In this document: positions 39,626 to 49,923 of the stretch, piece after piece | Layout: the number at the start of each line of letters is the position of its first letter | Position numbering within the stretch: the first letter of the stretch is position 1 | Source of the DNA: Geopsychrobacteraceae bacterium | Lineage (GTDB): Bacteria; Desulfobacterota; Desulfuromonadia; Desulfuromonadales; Geopsychrobacteraceae | Direction of reading: 5' to 3' | DNA length: 64,000 nt | Assembly: GCA_963676795.2 (NCBI GenBank) | Contig: CAXXTB010000002.1 | Span: 640,001 to 704,000 of the forward strand | The notes under the pieces: model-generated | The model's database searches: none | Told to the model about the DNA's origin: nothing | Seen by the model: only the letters and a program-made list of their open reading frames with translations | Position numbers and translations under genes: made by a program

Positions 39626-41481
39626 TGGCGCTATTACTGACCTTGACATTGCTGTTACCCCTCGCCGGTGGAGTATTCATCAGCTGCTTCGGCGAGCGGG
39701 TTGCGAAACCGATCCCTGTTGTCGTCTCCTGTGCTGCGGTGATCGCAAGTTTTCTCACCTGTCTGGGGGCCTTCTCCGCAGCGGGAGAGGGCTTGCGGGT
39801 GGTGCTGTTCAGCTGGCTGAAGAGCGGCTCGTTCCAGGCCGATGTCGGTCTGCACTTCGATCCGCTGGCGGCGATCATGGCTCTGATGGTCACTGGCGTG
39901 GCCAGCCTGATCCATCTCTATGCTGCCGGCTACATGCATGACGACCCTGATCAGAGCCGCTTCTTCGCCCTGCTCAACCTGTTCGTCTTTGCCATGCTGG
40001 CGATTGTTCTGGCCGATAATCTGTTGCTGATGTTTCTCGGCTGGGAAGGGGTCGGCTTCTGCTCCTATGGACTGATCGGCTTCTGGTACCGCAAGACCGA
40101 AAACGCCAATGCCGGGCGCAAGGCGTTTATTGTTACCCGTATAGGCGACCTGTTCTTCACTGTTGCCGTCCTCTGGCTGTTCAAACTGTTCGGTACCCTC
40201 AGCATCGAGACGATCAACGCCCGGGCCGGTGAGCTGGGTCTGGTGACGGTAACGATCCTCGGCCTGCTCCTGCTGCTCGGTGCCTGTGGCAAGAGCGCCC
40301 AGCTGCCGCTGATGACCTGGCTGGCCGATGCCATGGCCGGGCCGACCCCGGTTTCGGCGCTGATTCACGCGGCAACCATGGTCACTGCCGGGGTCTACCT
40401 GCTCAGCCGTCTGTTTCCGCTGGTCTCCCTGTCTCCGGTCGCCATGGGCGCGATCGCCATCGTCGGTGTTGTAACCGCCCTCTATGCCGCAAGCTGTGCT
40501 GTCGGTCAGCGTGAGATCAAGCGGGTTCTCGCCTATTCAACCATGAGTCAGGTCGGTTACATGTTTATGGCGGTCGGGGTCGGCAGCGTCTCGGCGGCGA
40601 TGTTCCATCTGCTGACTCACGCCTTCTTCAAGTCTCTGCTCTTCATGGGCGCCGGCTGCATCATCAACCTGGCCGGTCATGAAAACGATATCCACCTGAT
40701 GGGCGGGATGCGCAAGCGTTCCAAGCCGGTCTTCCTGCTGTTTATGGCCGGTTTGATCTGTCTGGCCGGCTTCCCGCTGAGCGGCGGGTTCTTCTCCAAG
40801 GATCAGATCCTGGCGACGGCCTTCGCTCACGGCGATCCGTTCCACCTGGCGATCTATGCTGTCGGTATTCTGACCGCGGCCATCACCTCCTTTTACAGCT
40901 TCCGTCTTGCCTATCTGGTGTTTGCCGGGGACTATCGCGGCGAAGAACAGGGGCACGCGCCGTCCGGACTGATGATCTGGCCGCTGGTTCCCCTCGCACT
41001 GTTCGGTCTTGCTGGCGGACTGATCAATCTGCCGCACCTGTTCGGCGGACACAGCTGGCTGGCGGACTGGCTTGGGCAGGGGGAGGAAGAGTTCCATCTG
41101 AGTGTTCACAGCGAATATCTGTTGATCGCGACCGCGATCGCGGTCTTTCTCATCGGCCTGATCCTTGCTCACCTGCGTTACCGCCGCTTCAGAGAGCCGG
41201 CTGAGAGGGCTGTTGGTCGTTTCCTGCTCTCCGGCTGGTATTTCGATGGTTTATACGAGCGGATTCTGGTGCGCCCATTTCTCTATCTGTGCCGCTTTGT
41301 CTGGGTCGGTGGCGAACAGGGGGTCGTCGAAGGGATTGTCTACGGTTTCGGCCGGACATTCACTCACTGGGGTAAGCTGCTGCGGCTGATGACCAACGGC
41401 CGTATTTCGACCTACCTGCAGGGCTTTGTCTGGGGGCTGCTGGTGATCATCGGCTGGTTCCTGTTGCGATCCGTTGCCTAA
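39625..41481 (+). CDS. nuoL: NADH-quinone oxidoreductase subunit L
   Basis: GWEGVG, GKSAQLPL, DAMAGPTPVSALIHAATMVTAG, HAFFK. Confidence 0.96.
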   Translation: MALLLTLTLLLPLAGGVFISCFGERVAKPIPVVVSCAAVIASFLTCLGAFSAAGEGLRVVLFSWLKSGSFQADVGLHFDPLAAIMALMVTGVASLIHLYAAGYMHDDPDQSRFFALLNLFVFAMLAIVLADNLLLMFLGWEGVGFCSYGLIGFWYRKTENANAGRKAFIVTRIGDLFFTVAVLWLFKLFGTLSIETINARAGELGLVTVTILGLLLLLGACGKSAQLPLMTWLADAMAGPTPVSALIHAATMVTAGVYLLSRLFPLVSLSPVAMGAIAIVGVVTALYAASCAVGQREIKRVLAYSTMSQVGYMFMAVGVGSVSAAMFHLLTHAFFKSLLFMGAGCIINLAGHENDIHLMGGMRKRSKPVFLLFMAGLICLAGFPLSGGFFSKDQILATAFAHGDPFHLAIYAVGILTAAITSFYSFRLAYLVFAGDYRGEEQGHAPSGLMIWPLVPLALFGLAGGLINLPHLFGGHSWLADWLGQGEEEFHLSVHSEYLLIATAIAVFLIGLILAHLRYRRFREPAERAVGRFLLSGWYFDGLYERILVRPFLYLCRFVWVGGEQGVVEGIVYGFGRTFTHWGKLLRLMTNGRISTYLQGFVWGLLVIIGWFLLRSVA

Positions 41482-41498
41482 AGGGGAAAGCTGAACTC

Positions 41499-42983
41499 AT
41501 GAATGCTGCAACTCCATTTCAGTTCCCGTTGCTGAGCCTGATGCTCTGGCTGCCTGTTCTCGGGGCGGTCCTTTGCCTGGTCTGCTACAAAAAGCCGGAC
41601 CTGCCCCGATGGGTAGCGCTGATCACTACGGCGCTCGTGTTTCTCCTGAGCCTGGTCGCCATTTCTGCCGAGCCTGCAGCTTCCGGCTGGCGGCTCCTGG
41701 AAGACTGCTCCTGGATTCCGTCGCTGGGGATCCGCTATTCGCTCGGTATGGACGGGATCTCACTGTTGCTGGTCATTCTGACCACCTTTCTGCAGCTGGT
41801 TGCGATCGTCATCTCCTGGCGGCAGGATAAATTTCCGGTCCTGTTCTTTCCCCTGCTGCTGATCCTGGAGACAGGGATTATCGGCGTCTTTATCGCCCTT
41901 GACCTGGTGCTGTTCTATCTGTTCTGGGAGCTTATGCTCATCCCGATGTTCTTCCTGATCGGTGTCTGGGGGCATGAAAAGCGCATTCAGGCCGCCGTCA
42001 AGTTCTTCTTCTTCACCCTGACCGGCAGCCTCTGCCTGTTGATCGCCGTGATCAGCCTCTACCTGCTGCATGGACAGCAGACCGGCGACTATAGCTTTGC
42101 TCTTGACGCGCTCAAACAGACCGATCTGACTGCGACCCAGGAGCTGATCTTCTACCTCTGCTTCATGGCCGCCTTTGCCGTCAAGGTTCCGATCTTTCCG
42201 TTTCACAGCTGGCTGCCTGACGCTCATGCCGAGGCGCCGGTCGCCGGTACCGTCGATCTGGCCGGGCTGCTGCTCAAGACCGGTGTCTACGGCATGATCC
42301 GCTTTGCCTTTCCGCTCTTTCCGCATGCTGCTGAAAAAAGCCTGCCGGTGCTGGCTGTGCTGGGGATTATCGGCCTCTTCTACGCGGCCTGGATTGCCAA
42401 CCTGCAGCGTGATATCAAGCGGATTGTCGCTTATTCGTCGATCTCCCACCTTGGGCTGGTCCTGATCGGTCTGGCGGCCTGGAACCAGATCGCCTGGGAG
42501 GGGAGCATGCTGCTGATGATCAATCACGGCATCACTACCGCGGCGGTGTTTATCGCCATTGCTCTGTTCCACCGCCGGACCGGCACCCGGGATATCGAGA
42601 AGCTTGGCGGTCTCTGGCAGAGTCAGCCCAATCTGTCGGCCTTCTTCCTGCTCTTTTGTATGGCCTCCCTGGGGCTCCCCGGACTGGCCAATTTTGCCGG
42701 TGAAATCCTGATCCTGATCGGGACCTTTACCAGCCATTCCGCCTGGGCGATTCTCGCTGTCGGTGGGGTCCTCTTCTCGGCGCTCTATACCCTGCGCATG
42801 GTGCAGGGGACTATCTGGGGGCCGAGTTGTGAGCCATTTGAACGGCAGGATCTGCTGGCTAGTGAGTGGCTGGTGCTCATCCCGCTAGCCATTCTGGTGG
42901 TTGTGCTGGGATGTTACCCTCAGCCTTTGCTCGAGGTTTTGCGTGACCCGGTCAGTCTGCTGTTGCAAGGAGGGCACCCATGA
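41499..42983 (+). CDS. nuoM: NADH-quinone oxidoreductase subunit M
   Basis: FWELMLIP, VKVPIFPFHSWLPDAH, AYSSISH, LGLPGL. Confidence 0.95.
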   Translation: MNAATPFQFPLLSLMLWLPVLGAVLCLVCYKKPDLPRWVALITTALVFLLSLVAISAEPAASGWRLLEDCSWIPSLGIRYSLGMDGISLLLVILTTFLQLVAIVISWRQDKFPVLFFPLLLILETGIIGVFIALDLVLFYLFWELMLIPMFFLIGVWGHEKRIQAAVKFFFFTLTGSLCLLIAVISLYLLHGQQTGDYSFALDALKQTDLTATQELIFYLCFMAAFAVKVPIFPFHSWLPDAHAEAPVAGTVDLAGLLLKTGVYGMIRFAFPLFPHAAEKSLPVLAVLGIIGLFYAAWIANLQRDIKRIVAYSSISHLGLVLIGLAAWNQIAWEGSMLLMINHGITTAAVFIAIALFHRRTGTRDIEKLGGLWQSQPNLSAFFLLFCMASLGLPGLANFAGEILILIGTFTSHSAWAILAVGGVLFSALYTLRMVQGTIWGPSCEPFERQDLLASEWLVLIPLAILVVVLGCYPQPLLEVLRDPVSLLLQGGHP

Positions 42984-44395
42984 CTTCAGCCGCCCTTATC
43001 GCGTTGATTCCCCAGCTGATCCTGGCCCTCGGGGCGACAGCTGTTCTGTTGATCGGTGCCTGGCTGCCGATGAAGCGTGGCTGGCATTATGTTGGCGCAC
43101 TCCTTGCGCTGGTTGCCGCCCTGCTATCCGCGACTGTTCAACCGGCGGCGCTTGATGTTGCCGGTCTCTACACCACGGCGCCCTACGCCCGGTTCTGCTC
43201 TGTCCTCTGGTCGCTGACGGTTGCCGCGACCCTGTTCGGCTCCGGACGTTATTCCGACCAGCGCCGCTTCGGCGGCAGTGAGTACACGTCGTTGCTGTTA
43301 TTTGCCGCTGCTGGTATGAACCTGCTGTCGATGGCGATTTCTCTGGTCGGCCTGTTCCTCGCCCTCGAGGCCTTCACCCTGGTGCTCTATATCCTGATCG
43401 CCTTCAACCGCAACTGTAATCGTGGCGCTGAAGCGGGACTCAAGTACCTGGTCTTCGGTGGTATAGCGACGGCCTTCCTCTCCTTCGGCATTGCCCTGAT
43501 CTATACCGCCAGCGGTAGCTTCATGATCGCCGAGGCCTTCAACGCCCTGCGTGCCGGGCATGACCTGACCCCGCTCGGTTTGGCCGGCTGGGCGATGCTG
43601 CTGGTTGCCATCGGCTTCAAGATTTCCCTGGTTCCGTTTCATCTCTGGACCCCGGATGTCTACCAGGGCGCCCCGGCACCGGTCAGCGGGGTGCTGGCTA
43701 CAGCCGCAAAGGGAGCCGTGCTGACCGCCTTTCTGCCGCTGCTGACCCTTCTCGGCGACAGTGGTGAAACTGTCAGGCAGATTGTCTGGCTGCTGGCGCT
43801 GGTCACCATGCTCGGCGGGACCCTGACGGCTCTGGTCCAGACCAATCTCAAGCGGATGCTCGGTTATTCCTCGGTGGTGCAGATGGGTTATCTGTTGCTG
43901 GCCCTGCTGGTCGGTGGTGTCTCGGGCGGAAAAGCGTTGCTCTTCTACCTGGTTGTCTACACGGTGGCGACCTTTGGCGCTTTTGCCGTCATCACTTCGC
44001 TGGCTCAGGAGACAAGGGAGCTGCAGGATTACGAGGAACTGGCCGGACTGGGCTATCGTTACCCGAAGCGGGCTATCGCGCTGGCTGCCTGTCTGTTCTC
44101 GCTGGCCGGGATTCCGCCTCTGGCGGGGTTCTTCGCCAAGTTCATCCTGTTCCGTACGGCTTTTGCCCACCAGTATACGGGGCTGGCAGTTGTAGGTATC
44201 TTTGCCTCACTGGTTTCAGTCTATTATTATCTGCGTCCTGTCGTGACCCTGTTCATGCGCCAGGATGAGAAGCGGATCGATTGTTCCGGAAGTGTCAGCG
44301 AATACCTGTTGCTGGGTGGTTGTTGCGTTGTGCTGCTCCTGTGCGGCATCTTCCCGGAGCCACTCTTGGCGCTTGTCGCCGCTGTTTTCCCGTAA
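42980..44395 (+). CDS. nuoN: NADH-quinone oxidoreductase subunit N
   Basis: EAGLKY, FKISLVPFHLWTPDVYQGAP, LAGIPPLAGFFAK. Confidence 0.95.
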   Translation: MTSAALIALIPQLILALGATAVLLIGAWLPMKRGWHYVGALLALVAALLSATVQPAALDVAGLYTTAPYARFCSVLWSLTVAATLFGSGRYSDQRRFGGSEYTSLLLFAAAGMNLLSMAISLVGLFLALEAFTLVLYILIAFNRNCNRGAEAGLKYLVFGGIATAFLSFGIALIYTASGSFMIAEAFNALRAGHDLTPLGLAGWAMLLVAIGFKISLVPFHLWTPDVYQGAPAPVSGVLATAAKGAVLTAFLPLLTLLGDSGETVRQIVWLLALVTMLGGTLTALVQTNLKRMLGYSSVVQMGYLLLALLVGGVSGGKALLFYLVVYTVATFGAFAVITSLAQETRELQDYEELAGLGYRYPKRAIALAACLFSLAGIPPLAGFFAKFILFRTAFAHQYTGLAVVGIFASLVSVYYYLRPVVTLFMRQDEKRIDCSGSVSEYLLLGGCCVVLLLCGIFPEPLLALVAAVFP

Positions 44396-44414
44396 CTATC
44401 TCATGGAGCCGTGA

Positions 44415-44825
44415 ATGTCCGAAGAGTCAGAACTTCAGATAAAGATCTTTTTATCAGCATCTTCCTACGCCGTTGCCGGGGCGTCACTTGATCGTGAAAA
44501 ATACGGCAACAAAATTCTGCGCTGCTATTTGCAGCATGGCTATGATGTCATACCGGTTCATCCGAGTGAAGAGACGATTGAAGGGCTTCCCTGCTGTGCC
44601 AGTGTCGGTGCCCTGCCTGACAAGGTTGAAAGCCTGTCTGTCGTAACGCCGCCCAGGGTGACGGAAAAGATCGTTCTTGAGGCGGTCGCCAAAGGGATCA
44701 AGAATGTCTGGATGCAGCCTGGCGCTGAGAGTCACAAGGCCGTTGAGTATTGCCGGGCGCATGGCGTCAATGTCATCGCTGACGGCAGTTGTCTGCTGGT
44801 TGAGCTTGGTTTCCATAACGGATAA
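44415..44825 (+). CDS. CoA-binding protein (YccU-like Rossmann fold)
   Basis: AVAGAS...KYG, VIPVHP, VWMQPGAE. Confidence 0.88.
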   Translation: MSEESELQIKIFLSASSYAVAGASLDREKYGNKILRCYLQHGYDVIPVHPSEETIEGLPCCASVGALPDKVESLSVVTPPRVTEKIVLEAVAKGIKNVWMQPGAESHKAVEYCRAHGVNVIADGSCLLVELGFHNG

Positions 44826-44885
44826 GGTTCGATTCTTTTGTGTGAATATGCCGTCGAACTGAGTCAAACTTGGTGAGAGACGCGC

Positions 44886-44912
44886 GGGGGGCTTTCAAGG
44901 CCCCCCTTTTTT
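44886..44912 (+). terminator. Intrinsic terminator after the nuo/CoA-binding genes
   Basis: GGGGGGC-tttcaag-GCCCCCC-TTTTTT. Confidence 0.8.
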
Positions 44913-44973
44913 GTGCTAAATAGAGGGTTGGATTTTTGGACTTTGTTGTGCAGCACCTGTGAAAGGATGCCCG

Positions 44974-46017
44974 ATGAAGAAAAACTGTTTTGCCAGTGAC
45001 AACTACAGTGGAATCTGTCCGGAAGCCTGGGATGCGATGGCTGCGGCGAATAGCGGTTTCGCCAATTCCTATGGTGATGACAAGTGGACAACAAAGGCCT
45101 GTAATCTGCTGCGCGATTTTTTTGAGACGGACTGCCAGGTTTTTTTCGTATTCAACGGTACGGCAGCCAATTCTCTTGCCCTGGCATCTTTGTGTCAGTC
45201 CTATCACAGTATTATCTGCCATGAAATGGCCCATGTCGAAACCGATGAGTGCGGTGCCGGAGAGTTCTTCTCCAACGGTACCAAGCTGCTGCTGGTCAGC
45301 GGCGAAAACGGCAAGGTTGCGCCTTCGGCCGTGACGGAGACCGTCAAAAAACGCAGTGATATTCATTATCCGAAACCCAAGGCTCTGAGTATTACCCAGG
45401 CCACAGAGTTGGGAACTGTCTACAGCGTCGAAGAATTGGCCGGTGTTGCCGATCTCTGCAGACAGCACGACCTCAAGCTGCATATGGACGGGGCCCGCTT
45501 TGCCAACGCCCTGGCCGGGCTTGAGGTCAGCCCCAAGGAGATCAGCTGGCAGGTGGGGGTCGACGTGCTGACCTTCGGCGGGACGAAAAATGGCATGGCT
45601 GCCTGTGAAGCTGTGGTATTCTTCAATCCTGAGCTGGCCTATGAGTTCGATTATCGCTGCAAGCAGGCGGGCCAACTGGCTTCAAAGATGCGTTTTTTGT
45701 CAGCGCCCTGGGTTGGTATGCTTGAATCGGGCGCCTTGCTGAACTATGCAGGCTATGCCAACTCCTGCGCCCGACGGTTGAGAGATGAATTGCTGACGGT
45801 GCAGGATGTCCGCCTGGTCCAGCCCGTGGAGGCCAACGCCGTGTTTGTTGAAATGCCTGAAAAATTGATAGAGGCTTTACATGAGGCCGGTTGGCATTTC
45901 TATACCTTTATCGGTTCCGGACATGCCCGTTTTATGTGCTCCTGGCAGACGTCTGTTGATGATATCGTCGCCTTTGGAAAAGAGCTGAGGTATCTGGCTG
46001 AACGTGTCTCTCACTGA
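44974..46017 (+). CDS. ltaE: Low-specificity L-threonine aldolase
   Basis: FASDN, YGDD, NGTAAN, HMDGARFANA, GGTKNG (PLP lysine). Confidence 0.88.
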   Translation: MKKNCFASDNYSGICPEAWDAMAAANSGFANSYGDDKWTTKACNLLRDFFETDCQVFFVFNGTAANSLALASLCQSYHSIICHEMAHVETDECGAGEFFSNGTKLLLVSGENGKVAPSAVTETVKKRSDIHYPKPKALSITQATELGTVYSVEELAGVADLCRQHDLKLHMDGARFANALAGLEVSPKEISWQVGVDVLTFGGTKNGMAACEAVVFFNPELAYEFDYRCKQAGQLASKMRFLSAPWVGMLESGALLNYAGYANSCARRLRDELLTVQDVRLVQPVEANAVFVEMPEKLIEALHEAGWHFYTFIGSGHARFMCSWQTSVDDIVAFGKELRYLAERVSH

Positions 46018-46038
46018 CCTGATGCCTGGCTCACGATT

Positions 46039-46893
46039 ATGAATATGTTCAGTGATTTCGATTCGATCATCAACAGCATGGGGGACTTGCCGCCTTCCCC
46101 GCTGGTCGCAACCAAAGTTCTCGAACTGTTGAGAAAACCTGATCTGCGCATCAAGGAACTGGCCAATGCTGTTTCCCTCGATCCGGTTATCTCCGCCCGG
46201 CTGCTGCGTATGGCCAATTCGGTTGTTTACCAGCAGATGAAGCAGATCAGCAGCGTTGACCGTGCCTTGGTTGTCGTCGGTGAGGATGTGCTGAAAAACC
46301 TGGCCCTCGAATGCAGCCTGCGCGGAACCCAGATGACCCATGGTGTGCTCGAACGCAGGCTGTGGGAGAATTCCATCGGCTGTGCGGTCGCCGCACGGAT
46401 GCTGACCCGTAGAATGACCAAGCTGGATCCCGGGGAAGCCTATCTGGCCGGTTTGCAGCACAATATCGGCAAGGTTGTGATGATCAACCGTGACAAAGAC
46501 CTTTATCGCGAGGTCGTCAGAGTCGTCGAGAACGGCGAAGGGCAGCTTCAGGATGTTGAGCGCGGTCTGTTTGCCTACTCGCATGAACTGGTTGGTGCTG
46601 CCTTGCTTGATCGTTGGAATTATCCGAAATTCCTGGTTCAGGTCACTCTGCATCATCATGATTTCGAGACCTGCAGGGATCTTGATCCAAAGATTTTCAA
46701 GCTCTGCGCGATTATGAATATTGCTCAGGATTTCTGCCGGATGTTTGGCATCGGCTACGAAGAAAAACAGGATGTCTATCCGGGACTGGGGCGTGGCGCC
46801 CTGGCGATTGAGGCGAACCCGATGATTGTCGATGAGCTGGCCGAACGGTTCTATCCGGAATTTGTCAAAGAACGGACCCTGTTCCTTTCCTGA
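46039..46893 (+). CDS. HDOD-domain protein
   Basis: LPPSP, DPVISARLLRMANS, AGLQHNIGK, HELVGAALLDRWNYP. Confidence 0.88.
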   Translation: MNMFSDFDSIINSMGDLPPSPLVATKVLELLRKPDLRIKELANAVSLDPVISARLLRMANSVVYQQMKQISSVDRALVVVGEDVLKNLALECSLRGTQMTHGVLERRLWENSIGCAVAARMLTRRMTKLDPGEAYLAGLQHNIGKVVMINRDKDLYREVVRVVENGEGQLQDVERGLFAYSHELVGAALLDRWNYPKFLVQVTLHHHDFETCRDLDPKIFKLCAIMNIAQDFCRMFGIGYEEKQDVYPGLGRGALAIEANPMIVDELAERFYPEFVKERTLFLS

Positions 46894-47000
46894 TAAAAAA
46901 TGAGTATGGATTGTCATCCATTGGGGAGCTGTGTAGCTTGCGGAGAACCCTGTGGTTGTTATAACGCCAAACCGAGGGGGTTGGCTGATAGGAGAGAAAA

Positions 47001-48092
47001 ATGTGCAAGAAAATTTTCATTGCTGCAACAGATCAGAACTGCGGAAAAACGACGGTCAGTTTGTCTCTGCTGCATCTGGCGTTGAGCAAATACAAAACGG
47101 TTGGTTTCATCAAGCCGTTCGGACCAAAGAGAACCATCTATAGCGGGCATGCGATCGACGTTGATGCCGCTCTGATTGCCTACGTTTACAGTCTGGATGA
47201 GAGCCTTGAGCAGATGTCGCCGGTGGTTCTCGACACCCATACAACCCGGGATTTTCTCGATGGCAAGGTTGATTCGGCGTTTTATCTCAAGCGGATCAAA
47301 AAAGCAGTGAAGGAGCTTGAAGAGCAATGTGATTTTCTGATCATCGAGGGCGCAGGGCACGCAGGTGTCGGTGCGGTTATGGGGTTGAGTAACGCGCATT
47401 TGGCTAAGGAACTGGATGCACCGGTCCTGATCGTGTCTGGCGGAGGAGTCGGGGTGGTCATTGACGCCCTGCACCTCAATCTGGCCATGTTCCGCGAAAC
47501 CGGTGCCGATGTGCGGATGATTTTTGTCAACAAGCTGTTGCAGGAGAAGCGTGAGACAACCCTGCGTTATCTGCAGCTGGCCTTCCGTGATTCGCCGATC
47601 AAGGTTGTCGGCGGTTTTAACTATTCCCCGATTCTGGCCAATCCGACCTTGAAATATCTCTCTGAATTTCTTGATGCTCCACTGGGCGGGGATGCCGATC
47701 AGGCCAGCCGGATCGTTCATAATATCCGCCTGGCGGCCGCTTCGACCCAGCGGGTTGTCGATCTGCTCGGGGAGTCGAGCCTGGTTCTTGTCACCGGCAG
47801 CCGCGATGAGGTTCTGGTCATGCTCTCGACTCTTTATCATCTTCCGGAATATCGCAAGAAAATTGCCGGTCTACTGATCACGGGGATCAAACCGGTGGCC
47901 AAGATCGTTCAGCGGGTTCTGGATGATTCCGGGATCCCTTTTATGCGCTCTGACGATACATCGGCCAATCTCTATACCAAGATTCAGGCGGATGTCGCCA
48001 AGATTGGCCCCGATGATGATGAGAAAATAAAGCTGGTCAAACAGCTGGCTGAGAGTGAACTCTGCTTTGATACCATCGATGCGTTGTTCTGA
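47001..48092 (+). CDS. BioD-like P-loop + DRTGG domain protein (phosphotransacetylase N-terminal-like)
   Basis: ATDQNCGKTT, FIKPFG, IEGAGH, LVTGSRDE. Confidence 0.8.
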   Translation: MCKKIFIAATDQNCGKTTVSLSLLHLALSKYKTVGFIKPFGPKRTIYSGHAIDVDAALIAYVYSLDESLEQMSPVVLDTHTTRDFLDGKVDSAFYLKRIKKAVKELEEQCDFLIIEGAGHAGVGAVMGLSNAHLAKELDAPVLIVSGGGVGVVIDALHLNLAMFRETGADVRMIFVNKLLQEKRETTLRYLQLAFRDSPIKVVGGFNYSPILANPTLKYLSEFLDAPLGGDADQASRIVHNIRLAAASTQRVVDLLGESSLVLVTGSRDEVLVMLSTLYHLPEYRKKIAGLLITGIKPVAKIVQRVLDDSGIPFMRSDDTSANLYTKIQADVAKIGPDDDEKIKLVKQLAESELCFDTIDALF

Positions 48093-48116
48093 CGGGAAGG
48101 GAACCGAGGCCATAGC

Positions 48117-49355
48117 ATGAGTTTTCTGAAAAAAATATTCGGTTCGGCAGGGAGTTTGTCGAGTCTGGAAAAGGCTTTTGAGCAGCGGCGCTTTGCCGAT
48201 GTCCGCCGGATTGCCGATGACCTGCTGAGCGCAGGAACTGAATCCGCAGAGCGGAGCCGCATCGAAGAGTTGCGGAGCCTGTCGAGCGATGCCCTGGCCC
48301 GCCTGAACCTTGATGAAGGACTCGGTCTGTTGCGCTGCGGACAGCCACAACGCGCTACTGAGCATCTGACCCTCGCCGCACAGCAGGCGAGCAGTGCCGA
48401 GCTGCGCCAGCAGGTCGCCCAGGCTCTCGCTGAAGCCGGACCTGCGGCTGGCGAACCACTGAAAGCGGATTCGGCTGAGTGTCTCAGCGCTGCGGAAGAG
48501 ATGGCCGAAAGGCTCGATCCTGATCATGACAGTCAGTTGGAACTGATTTTGTCTTCCTATCCTGAGACTGTCCGCGCTCGCTATCTCTCCGCTGGTGATC
48601 TCTTTGTGGCTGCTTTTCTCGCCGCCCATGGGGGAGATGATGAGAAGGCTCTGGCGCTGTGGCAAGAGGTTGACGAGTCAGAAAGGGATGCGCTGTTCTG
48701 TTTCGAATATGGTGCGACTCTGGCCCGCCTGGGGCGTCTTGAGGAGGCTTGTGGTTCATTAACGCAGGCCTGTTCATTGCGACCTGACCTGCAGTTTGTT
48801 CAGGAATCGCTGGCAGCTGTTCTGATGGGGGTGGGAGAGTTCGCTGCCGCGCAGCAGCAGCTCGAACATTACCTGCAGACGGGCGGTGACGCCGCCTTTG
48901 CCCACGGGCAACTGGCACTGCTGGCATTTCGTCAACAGGAGTACCCGGCGGCCGTTGCAGAAATCAGCTCAGCGATCGAAGCGGGCAACCGGGATGGACA
49001 ATTTCTGCTGTTTGCGGCCAGCCTGCTGGAACAAAAGGGCGAGGTAAAAGAGGCTGAGCGCATCCTGAAGCTGCTGCCGGTTTCCAGTTGTTCCGGTCAG
49101 CCCGCACTGCCGTTGGCTGAGTTCTGGCTGCGCCAGAAGCGCGAGCTGGCGAAGGCCCTTGACCTTTTCAACGCCGCCTGCCGGGATGATCCGCAGAATC
49201 CCCGCTGGCAGCTCCGCGTGGCCCAGACTTATGCCGCAAGACGCTGGAGCAAGGATGCCCTGAAGTTGATCCGCAAGGTCGTTTCTGATCCGCGCCTGGA
49301 GCAACCCCTGGTGCGCGAAGCCGAAGAGCTTCTCGCTCAGCTGGAGAACTGTTGA
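48117..49355 (+). CDS. Tetratricopeptide-repeat protein
   Basis: Ala/Leu/Gln-rich helical repeats with TPR-like spacing (e.g. YGATLARLGRLEEA). Confidence 0.7.
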   Translation: MSFLKKIFGSAGSLSSLEKAFEQRRFADVRRIADDLLSAGTESAERSRIEELRSLSSDALARLNLDEGLGLLRCGQPQRATEHLTLAAQQASSAELRQQVAQALAEAGPAAGEPLKADSAECLSAAEEMAERLDPDHDSQLELILSSYPETVRARYLSAGDLFVAAFLAAHGGDDEKALALWQEVDESERDALFCFEYGATLARLGRLEEACGSLTQACSLRPDLQFVQESLAAVLMGVGEFAAAQQQLEHYLQTGGDAAFAHGQLALLAFRQQEYPAAVAEISSAIEAGNRDGQFLLFAASLLEQKGEVKEAERILKLLPVSSCSGQPALPLAEFWLRQKRELAKALDLFNAACRDDPQNPRWQLRVAQTYAARRWSKDALKLIRKVVSDPRLEQPLVREAEELLAQLENC

Positions 49356-49816
49356 TGGCCAGTCTGGCCGAGGTTAAAGGTTATCTCGCCGGTCATGGGA
49401 TTGAGGTGCTGGAATTTACCCAGCAGACTGCGACAGCCGAGACAGCCGCACAAGCTGTCGGCTGCAGTGCCGCCGAGATCGCGAAGACACTGCTGTTCAT
49501 TGTCGGAGAAACGCCGCTGGTGATTGTCACCTGCGGTGATATGAAGGTTAAAAGTTCATTGCTTAAGAAGGCCAGCGGCCTGTCTGGCAAGGTCAAGCTG
49601 CCACAGGGCCAGGAGGTCCTGCACCATACGGGCTATGCCCCGGGAGGGGTCTGCCCGTTTCTTTTGCCGGCCGATTTGTGTATATTGCTCGATAGTTCAT
49701 TGGCGAGATTTGACCTGGTTTATGCCGCAGCAGGAAACTGCCATACTGTTGTGCCGCTGACGCTGTCCCAGTTACAGCTCTTAACCCGGGGGACCCTCGT
49801 TGAAGTCTGTGCTTAA
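49355..49816 (+). CDS. YbaK/EbsC-family aminoacyl-tRNA deacylase
   Basis: TAETAA, IAKTLLF, TGYAPGGVCPF, YAAAG; TGATG coupling to the TPR gene. Confidence 0.88.
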   Translation: MASLAEVKGYLAGHGIEVLEFTQQTATAETAAQAVGCSAAEIAKTLLFIVGETPLVIVTCGDMKVKSSLLKKASGLSGKVKLPQGQEVLHHTGYAPGGVCPFLLPADLCILLDSSLARFDLVYAAAGNCHTVVPLTLSQLQLLTRGTLVEVCA

Positions 49817-49923
49817 TCGCTGTTAAATAATTAAATAAAATTATTAGTTTGATTGAATTAGTTTAGAATTTGATGTAATTATAGAATCCGTTAATAAAAT
49901 TTATTGTTTTGTTATGGTGCCCT

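Noticed and set aside
44826..44973. Possible riboswitch upstream of threonine aldolase
   Set aside because: Only a terminator hairpin is evident; I could not match glycine, SAM, c-di-GMP or other aptamer consensus elements.
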